Shown here: piece after piece, positions 39,476-51,680 of the stretch | How the letters are laid out: each line of letters starts with the position of its first letter | Numbering within the stretch: position 1 is the first letter of the stretch | Assembly: GCF_018977255.1 (NCBI RefSeq) | Contig: NW_024704743.1 | Location: 113,276,001 to 113,340,000 of the forward strand | DNA length: 64,000 bases | Reading direction: 5' to 3' | Source: Callorhinchus milii | Lineage: Eukaryota | Notes under the pieces: generated by a model | Seen by the model: only the letters and a program-made list of their open reading frames with translations | Told to the model about the DNA's origin: nothing | The model's database searches: none | Made by a program: the position numbers and the translations under genes

Positions 39476-40754
39476 TTTTGCTAGAATCACATCCCTGGGA
39501 AGATCATCTTTTAATCCCTCAACTATGTTTCTTTCAAATGTTTTTCTTCACAAATTTGCACTGCAAATAATTATATTATAATAATAATTATGGGGATACA
39601 ACAGTCTACACCATTTTATACATGTAAAGATCTGACCTGCCAATTGTCTTTTTTTTTCTTTTATATTTTAGGAGTTTCTTGTGTTTATCAAGATGAGGTT
39701 GGTCAATTGTGGAAAATTAAATATTTATGCACTTTTGAGTGTCACTGTCACATGAAGGGTTATAGCAACCATTGAAAGAGTTAACTGTCTCATAAAACAC
39801 ATCCTGTTCCATTAATAAGATTATGTACCTTAACACCTGAACAGGGTGTGAGCTTAGACTATGAGTTGAAATCCTAAGGCTTGAAATCACTCAGCTTTGG
39901 CCCGTAAGGCCATTTTGTCTTAAAATTTAGGAACATGCAGGATTGTGGAAACATTCTCAATTTCAGTCTCAATTCCACAGTCCTTAAAAAAGAAACCAGC
40001 TTTAAGGCTAAACTTAAAAATTGTATGATCTGCATTCTGTTGGCAGGCTCACGCTTCTCTTTCGCATCCATTATCAATGACCAAATACTTGTGAAAAATT
40101 AAAGCAATAATTTACTATTAATGGTGAAAATTAACATCAGGGGATTGACAACTATTTTCTGTTGGCAGGAAATCCATATTTTACTGCTGCCAGCAAATTC
40201 TAGCGCTTACGTCTCTACAGTATGACACCCATTTTGTACGGAGAGATTGCAGACCTTATCAATAGTCTAAATTATTCTGGATCTCCACTGAGCTAATTTC
40301 CGCTAGCCTGGTGCTTTACTTAAATACTTAAATTCACTGTCGGAGAAAATCAGACAGTTAATGTCTAAAATCTGTCAGCAGTGAAATTCAAGAGAGGTAA
40401 CTCTGACCAGGTTACAGGAGTGTTAAAAACTGGTTTTAATTTACCTTAACACTGCTGTGAAGCTGAACGTGTGAAATGTAGCGTGGGCGATGAATACTTC
40501 TGATCTATTCCTGATTGAAATGAAGTAGATTAATCCCAGCAGGCACTGAATGGCAACTGGCGTGTGAATTGTATCCACTGACACTTGCTGCTAATTTTGC
40601 TGAAATCCCCATTACCTTAACAGCAATATAAGAAATTCTGTTATAAGAAACAGAAGTTTACATTATTAAAACAGTGGAACTAGAAAGATTAGGGTGTACA
40701 TTTTATCATAGGGAATATACTCTTCAAATTACTGCAGTTTTAAAATGTTGAACA

Positions 40755-41117
40755 TGGAGTCCTGTAGCCCAGTGGTAAGAGAACTCGCCTGGCAAATAAG
40801 AGGAGTTGGGTTCTACTTCCGGCAGGGCGAAACGTTAGGCAAGTTTCCTTACTCCACATGCCTCTGTTTACCTAGCAGTAAGTAGGAACCCGGTTGATAG
40901 TCGATTGGCAGGTCGTTTTTCTGGGGGAGATAATCCCTTCAAAAATGTTGTAAAAAAATAATTATTTGGTCACTCAATCCACAACTGTTTGTGGGACACT
41001 GCTGTGCGCAATTGGCTGCCACATTTCAACCACAAAATATACAATTCACTTTCCAGTATATTCTGAGAAGCGCTTTGAGACATCTCGAATTTGTGATGAG
41101 GCGCTATTGATTATTAT
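40755..41117 (+). mobile_element. tRNA-SINE family A, long form
   Basis: TGGAGTCCTGTAGCCCAGTGG... through the tail. Confidence 0.92.
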
Positions 41118-41569
41118 ATAAACTTAACATTTATTAAAATTGAAAAAGCCTTTCAAAGGAATAAGATACAAAAGGTATATTGTATAATGTTTCAACTCTG
41201 CATTGAAAATTGGCCAATATAACCAGATGTTATAATGGCTTAATGTCGATTGTAGGTGTTTTACAGAGTGAGATTCTAAGATAATGATCTGTTCTCTCTC
41301 ACTCACTCATTCACTCATTCACCAATGGCTCTCTGAAATCAGCTTCAGCTGAGCTCCAAGAGAAGTTTGGGTTTACTCTGATTGCTATCTTATTTATGAT
41401 TTCAGGATCCCAAAGAATACAGACAATAAGTTGTTCAATGCAGCCAAAAGATCCATATTCAAGGGGATATGTTCTGACACACTTTGGTAAGAAGTATAAA
41501 GAAACTGAAATATGAGTTTTTGCTTCATGTCCAAAGGAACACAGTACAATAGTAGGAAAATAATGCAAC

Positions 41570-42110
41570 ATTTATATCAAACTATTGTTTAGAGCATATT
41601 TGGAGTACTGTGTAGAATTAGGTTGCTACATTACTGGAAAGATATTCTAGCATCAGAGATAGTACGGCATAGATTTACAGGGAAGTTACTACCGATGAGT
41701 AGATACAGCTGTCAAGAAAGACCAGGTTGCAGATTTTTTCTCAAGAGATGAGCTGATTGAGAGGGAGCCTGATGGAGGTGTTTACAATTATGAAAGGATT
41801 CAATAGAGAGGATCTTGATGTCCACTTGCTGGTGAGTCCCAAACTAAAGGGCATACATATGATAGCTAGTAGTACATCTAATAGGGAGTTTAGGAGGAAC
41901 ATTTTCATGCAGAGGGAGGTGAGAATGTGGAACTCACTGCACAAAGCTGTGGTTGAAGCAAATTGCATCAACGTCTTTAAGAGAAAGCTTGATGCTTGCA
42001 TGAAGGAGAAGGGAATAGAGGGATATCGATCAGGGAATAGGAAAAGTGGAGGCACTTGTGGAGCATAAACGCTGTTACAGATAACTTGGGCTGAATGTTT
42101 TATTTATGTG
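41570..42110 (+). mobile_element. CR1 LINE 3' portion
   Basis: LEYCV..., LRGSLMEVFTIMKGF, FRRNIFMQREVRMWNSL..AVVEA..INVFKRKLD: canonical CR1 ORF2 C-terminus. Confidence 0.88.
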
Positions 42111-43370
42111 CCTTTCACTTTGTTCCTGTGAGTACTTTGGGTAAAAGATGCTACCCTGCATTGAAGGGCACTATATAAATGCACTGTTGAGTACAATCAA
42201 ATTTCAACTACTTTACTCACAAGGAGTGTGTCAATAGTGATATTTCTTCACATGTTTAGTGGTTGGGACAGAGACATTGCCTGACAACAGACTGTTTTTC
42301 TGTATACATCAATGGCAGAGCAGGAAACCATGCTATTTTGGAAATATCACGTTACATACTGTATAAATATGTACTAGCAGTGAGATACTCAATTCCGCAA
42401 GCTGTTATTAATAAGGAATCATTTTTTGATCATATGTGCTTTATGATGGGTCTCACATTAAAATTTAGATTGTATTACTCGTGTCTATTCAATGCACAGC
42501 CACTATCTTCAAATTGTAACTACTTTCATACGTAATAAAACAATTTTTAGGTGTAGTAAATGTCTTTATTGCAATGTGGTTAACCGTATATTAAAATTGA
42601 GAATCTGTATTGCATGCATAGTGTTCTATTATAGGTAAAAAAAACAGATTTAACATAAGAAGAAAAGCAGTTAAGGTGGATACACTGACAGCATAATGGT
42701 TATAAAAGAGGCCAGCAATGCATGAAATTTGAAAGCTTACCGGAGGATACAATTAGACAGTTAATTATACCTGGTATAAAATGAAAATCTTTCTTATAAT
42801 ACAAAAGCAATAAAAACCTATGGACTTGTAGGCAGACTTTTGCACTTGAATGCCTGGTTGCTGGATCCATACCAATCCTCTTTCTTGCACACTGAAGCAA
42901 TAGCTGCCACTAATTTCAAGACTTATAGCTTGCACGACTGATGAATCTTGCAGAAACAAAGCGATCTGTGCTGAATGCCTTTGTGCATAATCTCAAATAT
43001 GATGTAGTCTATCCATCCTACATTTCATTAAACTCTTTTATTTTTTACAAAATACCAAATGTGGATGTTTGACCTCTCTTTTCTGCATTCTACTTGCATA
43101 TTCAATGTTAGATGAATGTTATTAGCAATACCCCATGTGGAATAGCATTTAACTTGTGGATTCCCAACTCCCACTTGCTCTTTTTAATGTCCAAAGTGCA
43201 TATGTTTTATTACAGAGTTTGAACCAAAACATAAACCATTGCCTTAATAACAAATCATCTCTTTTTAAGTCACGTCACAGTGAAACCCCTGCACCACTTC
43301 TCATCCTGGAAAAATCTTGAAGTACACATAAAGAGAAAGGAGTCTTTTCCAATGAAATGCTATTTTCTAA

Positions 43371-43530
43371 AATTAGTGATTTATTTAATGGCTGCTTGTG
43401 GGACATTGTTCACCCACAAATACAGAGCTACCTGTACTAAACTTTACTGTGAATTCTGTGAAGAGCTTCGAGACGTTTTCCTGACATGAAACGTGTTATA
43501 ACAAATGCAAGAGTTATAATTATTATTATT
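43371..43530 (+). mobile_element. Deu-SINE 3' part
   Basis: ATGGCTGCTTGTGGGACATTG...GACATGAAACGTGTTATAACAAATGCAAG(ATT)n. Confidence 0.7.
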
Positions 43531-43564
43531 TACATCTGCAATATGCCTGGGATCCGCACTTCAG

Positions 43565-43990
43565 ATAATAGTAATAATAATAATCCTTCCATTTGATATA
43601 GCGCCTTATCAAGTCGTTGAGATATACTGTAAAGTGGAATGACTGTGTATTTTGTGGGCGAAATGTGACAGCTAGTTTGCTCACAGCAATGTCCCACAAA
43701 CAGCCATGGAGTGAGTGAACAATTTTTTTATTTGTTGGCCAGGACACTGGGAGAAACTCCCTTCTCTTTTCGAATAGTGCCATGGAATCTTTAACGTCCA
43801 CCTGAACAGGCAGACAGGACCTCAATTTAACATCTCATGCGAAGAATGGCACCTTCAACAATGCAACTCACCCTCGGTCCTGCATTGGATTGTCATCTTA
43901 GATTATGTGATTCCAAGTTCTGACGTGGGGTTTGAACCCACAACCTGCTGACTCAGAGACAAGAGGGCTACTACTGCGCCAGACCGACAC
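43565..43990 (-). mobile_element. Deu-domain tRNA-SINE, full length (best-preserved copy)
   Basis: Reverse strand has tRNA head (CTGAGTCAGCAGGTTGTGGGTTCAAACCCCAC), body, Deu block and (ATT)n tail. Confidence 0.92.
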
Positions 43991-45766
43991 ACAATCCGCA
44001 TTAAATATTCATTGTTAGTTTTTCTATTGCATTAATCACTACTCCTTAATTTGATGGTAGCAGAGGTTCAATTAACAATACTTTGCAGGATGTTTAGTCA
44101 TTCTAGCAAAGGCTGCATTGGCATCATTAACATTTTTGTGAGGAAACATTATTCAGCTTCCTTGTGAGAAAAATCATTCTGTCTAAGTTCTGAAACCTGC
44201 TAGTATCTATAGCCCATAAATGGACAAATAAAGATAAAAAGCCCAATTGAAGTGACACTGAATATAATGCTGATGACTCATGTGTGTGGTTTATTTTGGT
44301 CTGTGGAGCATCTGGCCTTCTGTGATTATTTGTTGCTATGGAAATCCCAGCCACAGTGTTCTATCAAAACACAAAGCATTCACTGAATCAGTGTTTTTCC
44401 CAGATTATTTATACAGTATTCATCAGGTAGTTGTTTGAAAATTACAAGTTGCTTTTGCTCAAGTGGCACATAACATCTCAACTGGGAAGAACCCAGTAAT
44501 GCCAAGTAACAATTAGACTATCTATGTTAATATCTGCACATACTTAGTTTATAACTATGGAGGAGGACATGGGTAAGTGAAACAGTAAATCTATATTAAT
44601 CAGGTTAAGCACGTTTAAGAGTTCCGAGATGCTGCCTGCGTGAAGGGTGCTATATAAATGCAAGTTGTTGTTTTTTTGTATTTTCAGAATAATGAGAGCA
44701 ATCAGCATTTACAGTATTTCATTACCTTCATCGATTAAATCACTTGAGATAATTACACATTTGTTTACTAAAGACAAAATTTTAAGTCAACAGGGTTTGA
44801 GGGAAAACTCTTTGAAATACTGAGTAAACAAAAACAAATGAATAAAAGGACCCAATCACTTTGGTGCTATTCAGTGATATTGGACTGTAGCCAAGTGCAT
44901 AAGAACTAACTGTTTATAACATTTTCAGCAGTCCTACTAAAATAATCCAACTTCAAGGGAATGTTTTGAAGAGAATATGCAGCTGGGCTGCAAATGAAGT
45001 AGATCAAAATGTTGTTCTCCTTTAAAAGTATTTCAATCAAAACCTTTCTTTAAAATTCAAATCTACATAAACAGGACACTTTTTCTGACCTTCACTGACT
45101 CTTGAAAAAATAGTTATCAGACTGTTGATGTACAATTGCTCTATTGGACTGGAAGAGTGAAAATTACACAAAGGAATCAACTCCTGAAAAAGTGGCATAA
45201 AGTAATAAGTAGCGGTTAAAGTAATGGAAAAAAAATCTATGAGTACGGGATTAAAGATCAATTGGTCACTCACCCCTCAACGTGTCTGTGAAAGAAACAA
45301 TATTGTTTAAGTCTTTTATTCGATGTAGTCCCTTACCATATTAAAATGTCTCAAAACTTCTAAGAATAAGCTAATTTCATCAGCAATGTGATGTGACAAA
45401 TAACCTATTCATGTGCTTTATGGGAAATATGGATTTTGATTGAGAAATATTGGCAAGACACTGAAATAATTCATTGCTATTCTTAATAACATGGATTCAA
45501 AGCATGTGACAACTATCCTGACAAAAAGCAAATATTAAAAAATGTAATTCATTGTAAATGAACACAATCCAAGCTTAGCAATATCAGTTATTTTTGAATA
45601 ACTTTTGTGTTATACAAGTTGCACAAAAATAACTTCCCTCCAATCCTGCATGTAATATTATAATTGAAGAAAATTTTTCACTTTCTAGTTTAAATATAAA
45701 CTGCATGTTGCATATTCAGAACAATTAGCTTCCACATGCATTAATCGCACAATATTAATATTAATA

Positions 45767-45826
45767 TAATAATAATGCATTTGATATTGCGCCTTATCAC
45801 GTCTTCAAGGCGTCTCAAAGTGCTTC
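45767..45826 (-). mobile_element. tRNA-SINE tail, 5'-truncated
   Basis: AATAATAATGCATTTGATATTGCGCCTTATCACGTCTTCAAGGCGTCTCAAAGTGCTTCA. Confidence 0.8.
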
Positions 45827-47189
45827 ATAGCGCTTTGAGACACCAAAAGAATATCAAATATCAAATATCAACAAGAACTGTTGATATTTCCCCTAGATAG
45901 CATGCACTTGCACTTGCATGCACTTGCACTTTATTCTCAAACAGTTATCTTCACCTCTATAACGGAATAAAACAGGGCCTCTTGTACTCCATTTAACGTC
46001 AATGGAGACAGAATCATTTCATTATACAGTACTTCCTGTTGACTGCCAATAAACCCGTACGACTTTCAGAAATTTCAAAGATCCTATGGCCCCTTCACTT
46101 TCCCTCCCAGCTGGTTGAAATCATGAAGCAAAGAAAGAGTGAAAGAATTACCACGAACACAAAGAAGTATAATGTTCCTCGAATGTGTATGTACAGCAAT
46201 ACGGTTTTAATGATTTTTAAAATAATCATTCATGGCAGAAAACCAAAACGAAAACATAATATAGCTTGGTTTTCTGTAGTACATTGCTTGAAATTGCAAC
46301 TGCTCTTCAATCCAGTCTATGTACGATAAATAGCAGCCATTTGGATGTCAATGAAAAATGTAGATCTCCACGAAGAGTTTAGCTCCGTCTCACTTCTAAG
46401 GAAAGCTCATAAATACTCTGCTGATTAAATTGAAGATATTTAATGTACAGATTGATATCTCAAAGATATGTTATTTATAGAAATAAAATGAAAACTTAAG
46501 AATGACCAAATTGTGTAATTATATAAGCTGCACTAGCAAACAGGGTAACCACAGAGTGACTTCAACAATAATCAGGCATTTTCACAAAAGGTTTTGAGAT
46601 TTAAATAATTAAACATGGGAAAGTCTGCAGTATTATGGGGTTAGATCTGATTGAGAATGCCACAGTGAATATTTAAAACAGTAAAACATTTGTACTGTTC
46701 TTGGGATTCACAGTTTGTGAATCTCAGATGAATCTTGCGATCTGATACTTTTATCCTAGTAATTGAAATAATGAGATAAATTGAGGCTGCAAATATTGTG
46801 ATTTAGATCCCATTGCGAGGGACATCTGATTCCAACTGAAACACCTCTTGAAGAGATGTAATCACATTTGCTATATTTAATAACAATATCTAATAAAAAT
46901 ATAATAATATATATTCTATAACTTTTTCATCATCCTACTAAATTCTAATTAGAATTTACTGGCGAAGAGGGAAAGGAGAAAAATTCAGTTTTAAACATAA
47001 AAAGTCAATATGATTCCGAAATAGAAGTATATGATTAAATAAGATAAATTAGTACAAGTACCTGCTTAATAGTTGAGCAAACATTGAAATTATCTTTATG
47101 TCATAAGGCAACATACAAATGCAAATAAAATGTTGGGGTACATAAATAGTTTCACATAAAGCAATTTAAAAAGATCATCCTGACCAAAG

Positions 47190-47610
47190 GAAATGAGAAC
47201 TGTATTAAATACTGTGTGCTGATGTGGTCACCATAACTACGAAAAAATATACTGAGGCAGTAAAATAACTTCAGAGATGGGTAATACAGATTGCAGCTTT
47301 TAGATAAAGTATAAAGAGAAACTGGGGAAGTTCATTTGTTTACATTGTAAAAAAACTTAATCACAAACTAAGGAAAAATATCCTCATATTAAGAACTGTT
47401 GGTTTGTGGAACAAACTGCCACCTAGTGCTCTATTAATTAAAACAATCTAAAGGAGAATTAGATCAACTTTACATCAGTAAAGAGTAAATATATATTAAT
47501 TTTGGTTTGGAAAAAGATGTATAATAGTCAGACTGATAATTGAAACAGAAGCTGAATGATGAAAAGGATTGGATGGGCTAAACTCTTTTCCTGTTTCAAT
47601 TTTTTTTGTC
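47190..47610 (+). mobile_element. Highly degenerate CR1 3' portion
   Basis: (L)KYCVLMWSP..., RTVGLWNKLP, and GGATGGGCTAAACTCTTTTCCTGTT end. Confidence 0.6.
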
Positions 47611-47699
47611 TGCTTTGACTAAACATTCCTCAGATCTGGAGTACATCCGAAAGCAGACAACTGTATGTTTTATTTTTAAGCTCAGCAACATTTGTGTGA

Positions 47700-47780
47700 G
47701 ATAAGAACATAAGAATTTGCTAGGAGAAAGAAGACCAAGGTCCATCTAGTTCACCTTCCACCATCCTGGCAGTTGCAAGA
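47700..47780 (-). mobile_element. CR1 3' terminus
   Basis: ATAAGAACATAAGAA tandem tail followed by AGACCAAGGTCCATCTAG. Confidence 0.65.
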
Positions 47781-48075
47781 CATGTTGTGTCTCAAACTAT
47801 ATACTGTATCCCAAGATCGTGTTAATAGCTACAAATACTATGCTTCTGCACAAAACAGATTAGTCTAAATTTTTTTTGGAGGAGTGTTATAATTTGAAAA
47901 TGGTTAAGCTGTTTGCATCAAAAAATTAAAAACAATTACTTGAAATAAAATACCATAATCGTATGTTCTATCACTGTACTAAATAATGGTATAGCTAGCA
48001 GGGAGAAAACATTCATTTAACTGAATCTCTTAAGCTAAAGTGTAGTAAACAAACTCCATGAGTAAACCGGGTATG

Positions 48076-48393
48076 TGGAGTCCTGTAGCTCAGTGGTTAA
48101 AGCACTCGCTTTGCAAGAGAGAGGCGTAGTTCGATTCCCGGCAGAGTGAAACCTTGGGCAAGTTTGCTTACTCCACACACCTGATAATAATCCCTCAAGA
48201 AAAATAACAATAATAAATTGGTCATTTCAACCACGACTGTTTGTGTGACACTGCTGTGCGCAATTGGCTGCCGCATTTCACCCACAAATATACAGTCAAT
48301 TCACTTTACAGTCTATTCTGTGAAGTGCTTTGAGACGTCTGGAAGACGTGAAAAGTGCTACATCAAATGCAAGGATTATTATTATTATTATTA
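48076..48393 (+). mobile_element. tRNA-SINE family A, short form
   Basis: Full head and tail; lacks the central TACCTAGCAGTAAATAGG module. Confidence 0.93.
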
Positions 48394-49491
48394 AGAAAGA
48401 ACTGTACACCACAATCAAAATGTACTTTAATAAAGAAGTTTAAAACTGACCTGCTACATTTATACAAATAACTGCATTTGAATCTTAAGACAATGTAGGA
48501 GAGATCTGACTCTGAGGTGACATACATCATGGTTCAGTAAAATGGGCTCTAGTGAAGCACATTATACATACCTATACATTCATATACTCACTCAGTGAAC
48601 AAGTTGAGACATCAAGAAAAATCTCATAAAGTCTAATAAGAATTTTGGTTCATTGCTGTAAAATATGATAGACCTCGCTGTCTGCAATAATGTTTTATTA
48701 CGAGATCATTATTATTATCACCTATGATTTTAAACATTCAGCTACCAAATTTCTGGAACACTGATACAGGTAATATAGTAATAACCACCCAAATTAAAAG
48801 CAAAGCAGTTGAATGTGATTAATCTGAAGGAGCTGAGAGTATTTGTAACAGCAAATGCATCTTTGGAGTCCATATTGTCTTGTGGAAAAATAACAGGTAT
48901 ATCTAAAAAAAATTCTTAAAAGGATAGAGATGAGGTAAGTCAGACATTGAGACAGCAAAACAAGGAAAAAGTAAGAAAAATAAATATGCAGCAATTTTGT
49001 GAATATCTTAGTGCTGGTGTTGAAGGGGCAGAAGGCAAGTACTGTAGATAAATCAGCGTAGGGTACACATATATTGCACGAGAAGCAAGTAAGTGATAAC
49101 ACTGAGAAAACTGACACAAATGAATAGAAGAAAACAAAGAGTTGTATCTGTGAGCGAAACACTGCAGCAACAACAACTTGCATTTATACCTTCACACGGA
49201 GGTAGCATCTCGGAGGGCTTCAATTTATCATTCACTTCATGGCTGTTTGTGGGACTTTACAGCAGATAGATAGGCACGAGGTGTCAAACTAACCACTGTA
49301 ACGAGGATGATAGTGAGTTTTGCAGAAGTGTTAACGTGAAAAAGAATATGTATTGCTTTCCTGAGGCAAAGGTGCTATAGAGATAATGAGGGGGAGGGAA
49401 CCAACCTTATTGTCACTTGTGGTATAAATGATGAATAACGTTTCTGAGGAATTAACGAAATACATGTAAGTTGGTGGCAGGTTGGTGGCAT

Positions 49492-49530
49492 GTGCCAGCC
49501 TGGCTCAGTTGGTAGCACTCTTAGCCTCTT
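49492..49530 (+). mobile_element. Deu-SINE head (A-box part), split by L2
   Basis: GTGCCAGCCTGGCTCAGTTGGTAGCACTCTTAGCCTCTT; continues at 51221. Confidence 0.8.
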
Positions 49531-51217
49531 CAACAACAACAAGATTTCATTTATAGAGCGCCTTTCACATCGGGAGGACGTCCCAAGGCGCTGGACAGTT
49601 GGGTCGGGACCCGAGTAGGGAGGAAATGGTCAGGGTGAGGAGAGGGAAGGGAGGGAGCGAGGAGGGGGTAGAGAGTCGAGAGGGGAGCTGAAGGCACGGT
49701 CAAAGAGAAAGGTCTTGAGACCGGCCTTGAAGGAGAAAAGGGAGGAACCAAGGCGAAGACACTGGGGGATGGAGTTCCAGAGCCTAGGGGCTGAGAGGAT
49801 GAAGGCCCGGCCACCGATGGTAGGGCGGTTAGGGCGGGGGATGTGGAGCAGACCGGAGCCAGAGGAACGGAAGGTACGGGCAGGTAGGTAGGGGCATAGT
49901 AGGTCGGAGAGGTAGGAGGGAGCAAGGCCGTGAATGGCCTTATAGGTGAGGATGAGGATCTTGAATTCGATCCTCTGGGGGATGGGGAACCAGTGGAGGC
50001 GAGCGAGGGTGGGAGTGATGTGGTCCCGAAGCCTGGTGCGGGACAGTACACGAGCTGCAGAGTTCTGAATGACCTGCAGCTTGTGGAGGGAGGTGGCGGG
50101 AAGGCCGGCGAGGAGAGAGTTCCCATAGTCCAGCCTTGAGGTGACAAAGGCGTGGACCAGGGTTTTAGCAACGTGAGGGGTGAGGTAGTGCCGTAGTCTG
50201 GCGATGTTCCGGAGGTGATGGAAGGCGGTGCCAGTTGTGGTGCGGATGTGAGGGAGAAAGGACAGCTCAGGGTCGAACAAAACGCCGAGGTTCCTGACTG
50301 GCTTTGAGAGGTGGAGAGTGCAGCCTTGGATGCTGATGCTTTCAGCGCCTGAGGTGCGGAGGCGCTGACCCGAGCCAATCAAGAGGGCCTCAGTTTTGCG
50401 CACGTTGAGCTGAAGAAAGTTGTCTCTCATCCAGGACTCGATGTCAGACTTGCAGGCTGTCAGGACATCGGTGGTCATGGCAGAGGCAGAGAAATGTTAG
50501 TAGGGTAGAAATATTGGAGATGAAGGTGGGAGAGGTTTTAGGGGGCGGTAGACAAGGAGGATTTTGAGTGAGAGATAGGCGGGTGGGAGAGGGTGAGGTG
50601 CTCAAAAGATGAAAGAGCCAGAGGAGTAGGGGGATAGGGCAAGTGGTGTTCTTGAGATAAGGGCAACACCACCGCCACGGCGGTTGGGGCGAAGGATGTG
50701 GTGGGAGGTGTAGCCGGGTGGTGTGGCCTCCGTGAGGGGGAAGGTGTCGCTTGGGTTAAGCCAGGTTTCCGTTAAGGCCATGAAGTCAACGCTCTCATCA
50801 AGGACCTTGTTACAGAGGGAGCGGACGTTTTGTAGTCCGATGTGGAGGGAGCGGTTGACAGAATGGTGTGTCGGGAGGGAGGAGGGTTCAGGTTGTGAGG
50901 CAGGGGTGGGGGGAATGGGAATGAGGGAGGAGAGGTTGGTATGTGTCCGGGGTGGCTGGCGAGTGTGGTGGGGAATGGGGCAGTCGGTGTGGCTGCTGCT
51001 GGACAGCCAACGCTGAGTGCCACGGTGAGCCCGGCGGAGGATTCCCAGGCTGGAACAGAGGGAGGTTGTGGGAGGGTCAAGTGGGGATAGAAGGCGAGGG
51101 GACGGAGAGAGAGGAGGACAGAGCGGGAGAGATGCAGAGGAGGGAGGGTTTGGGGGGAGGGAGGGAGGGGGTGAGGGGGTGAGGGTCAGAGCGGCAGCCA
51201 TAGTGCGCATGCGGGGA
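49531..51217 (-). mobile_element. L2 LINE retaining probable 5' end, with an internal deletion of about 1.6 kb
   Basis: ORF 50602-51201 (LQNVRSL, MALTETWL, RRGGGVALI = APE N-terminus) is joined near 50479 to ORF 49630-50478 (post-RT domain); stem-loop and (TTG)n tail. Confidence 0.95.
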
Positions 51218-51220
51218 CTT

Positions 51221-51520
51221 AAGTCAAAAGGTTGTGGGTTCTCGCCCTGCATTGCCACTTATGCTCTAGGCTGACACTCCAATGCAGTGCTGGGCTTATG
51301 GGCATTAAGGATCCCATGACACTATTCAAAAGGGAAGGAATTTCTCCTAATGTCCTGGTCAACAATCTCCTGGATAGAATTTGTCGTTCACTTCATGGCT
51401 ATTTGTGGGACATTGCTGTGTGAAAATTGATTGCAGGTTTGTCTAAATGTACTCAACACCTATTCTTTATAGTAAATCCCATGAGGTGTTTTGAGATGTT
51501 TGAATAACGTAATAAATGTG
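51221..51520 (+). mobile_element. Deu-SINE body (continuation of 49492-49530)
   Basis: AAGTCAAAAGGTTGTGGGTTC...TAGGCTGACACTCCAATGCAG...GATCCCATGACACTATTC...TTTGTGGGACATTGCTGTG. Confidence 0.85.
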
Positions 51521-51577
51521 GGGAATAGTGTTATTAAAAATGGGTGTTCTACTACTGTATCCCCAAATAGTTTGTGA

Positions 51578-51680
51578 GGCTCCCCCTAGTGGCTCAGTTT
51601 GAAAGTCACTACCTGGAGTGAGTGTCGATACAGATCAGGGAGTTTACTCCTGAATCCGTGCACCTAATTGATCTTAGCAT
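51578..51680 (+). mobile_element. Head of ancient AmnSINE2/LmeSINE-like SINE
   Basis: GCTCCCCCTAGTGGCTCAG...ATACAGATCAGG; family assignment unverified. Confidence 0.45.

Noticed and set aside
40140..40611. Possible old TIR element (GGGGATT...AATCCCC) or enhancer
   Set aside because: The terminal match is only about 7 bp; a decayed transposon cannot be told from unique DNA without a search.
49551..50378. Repeated Ser/Pro-rich MARVSASAPQ ORFs (also 3373, 55802)
   Set aside because: Alternative frame of the C-rich L2 coding strand, which is naturally poor in stop codons.
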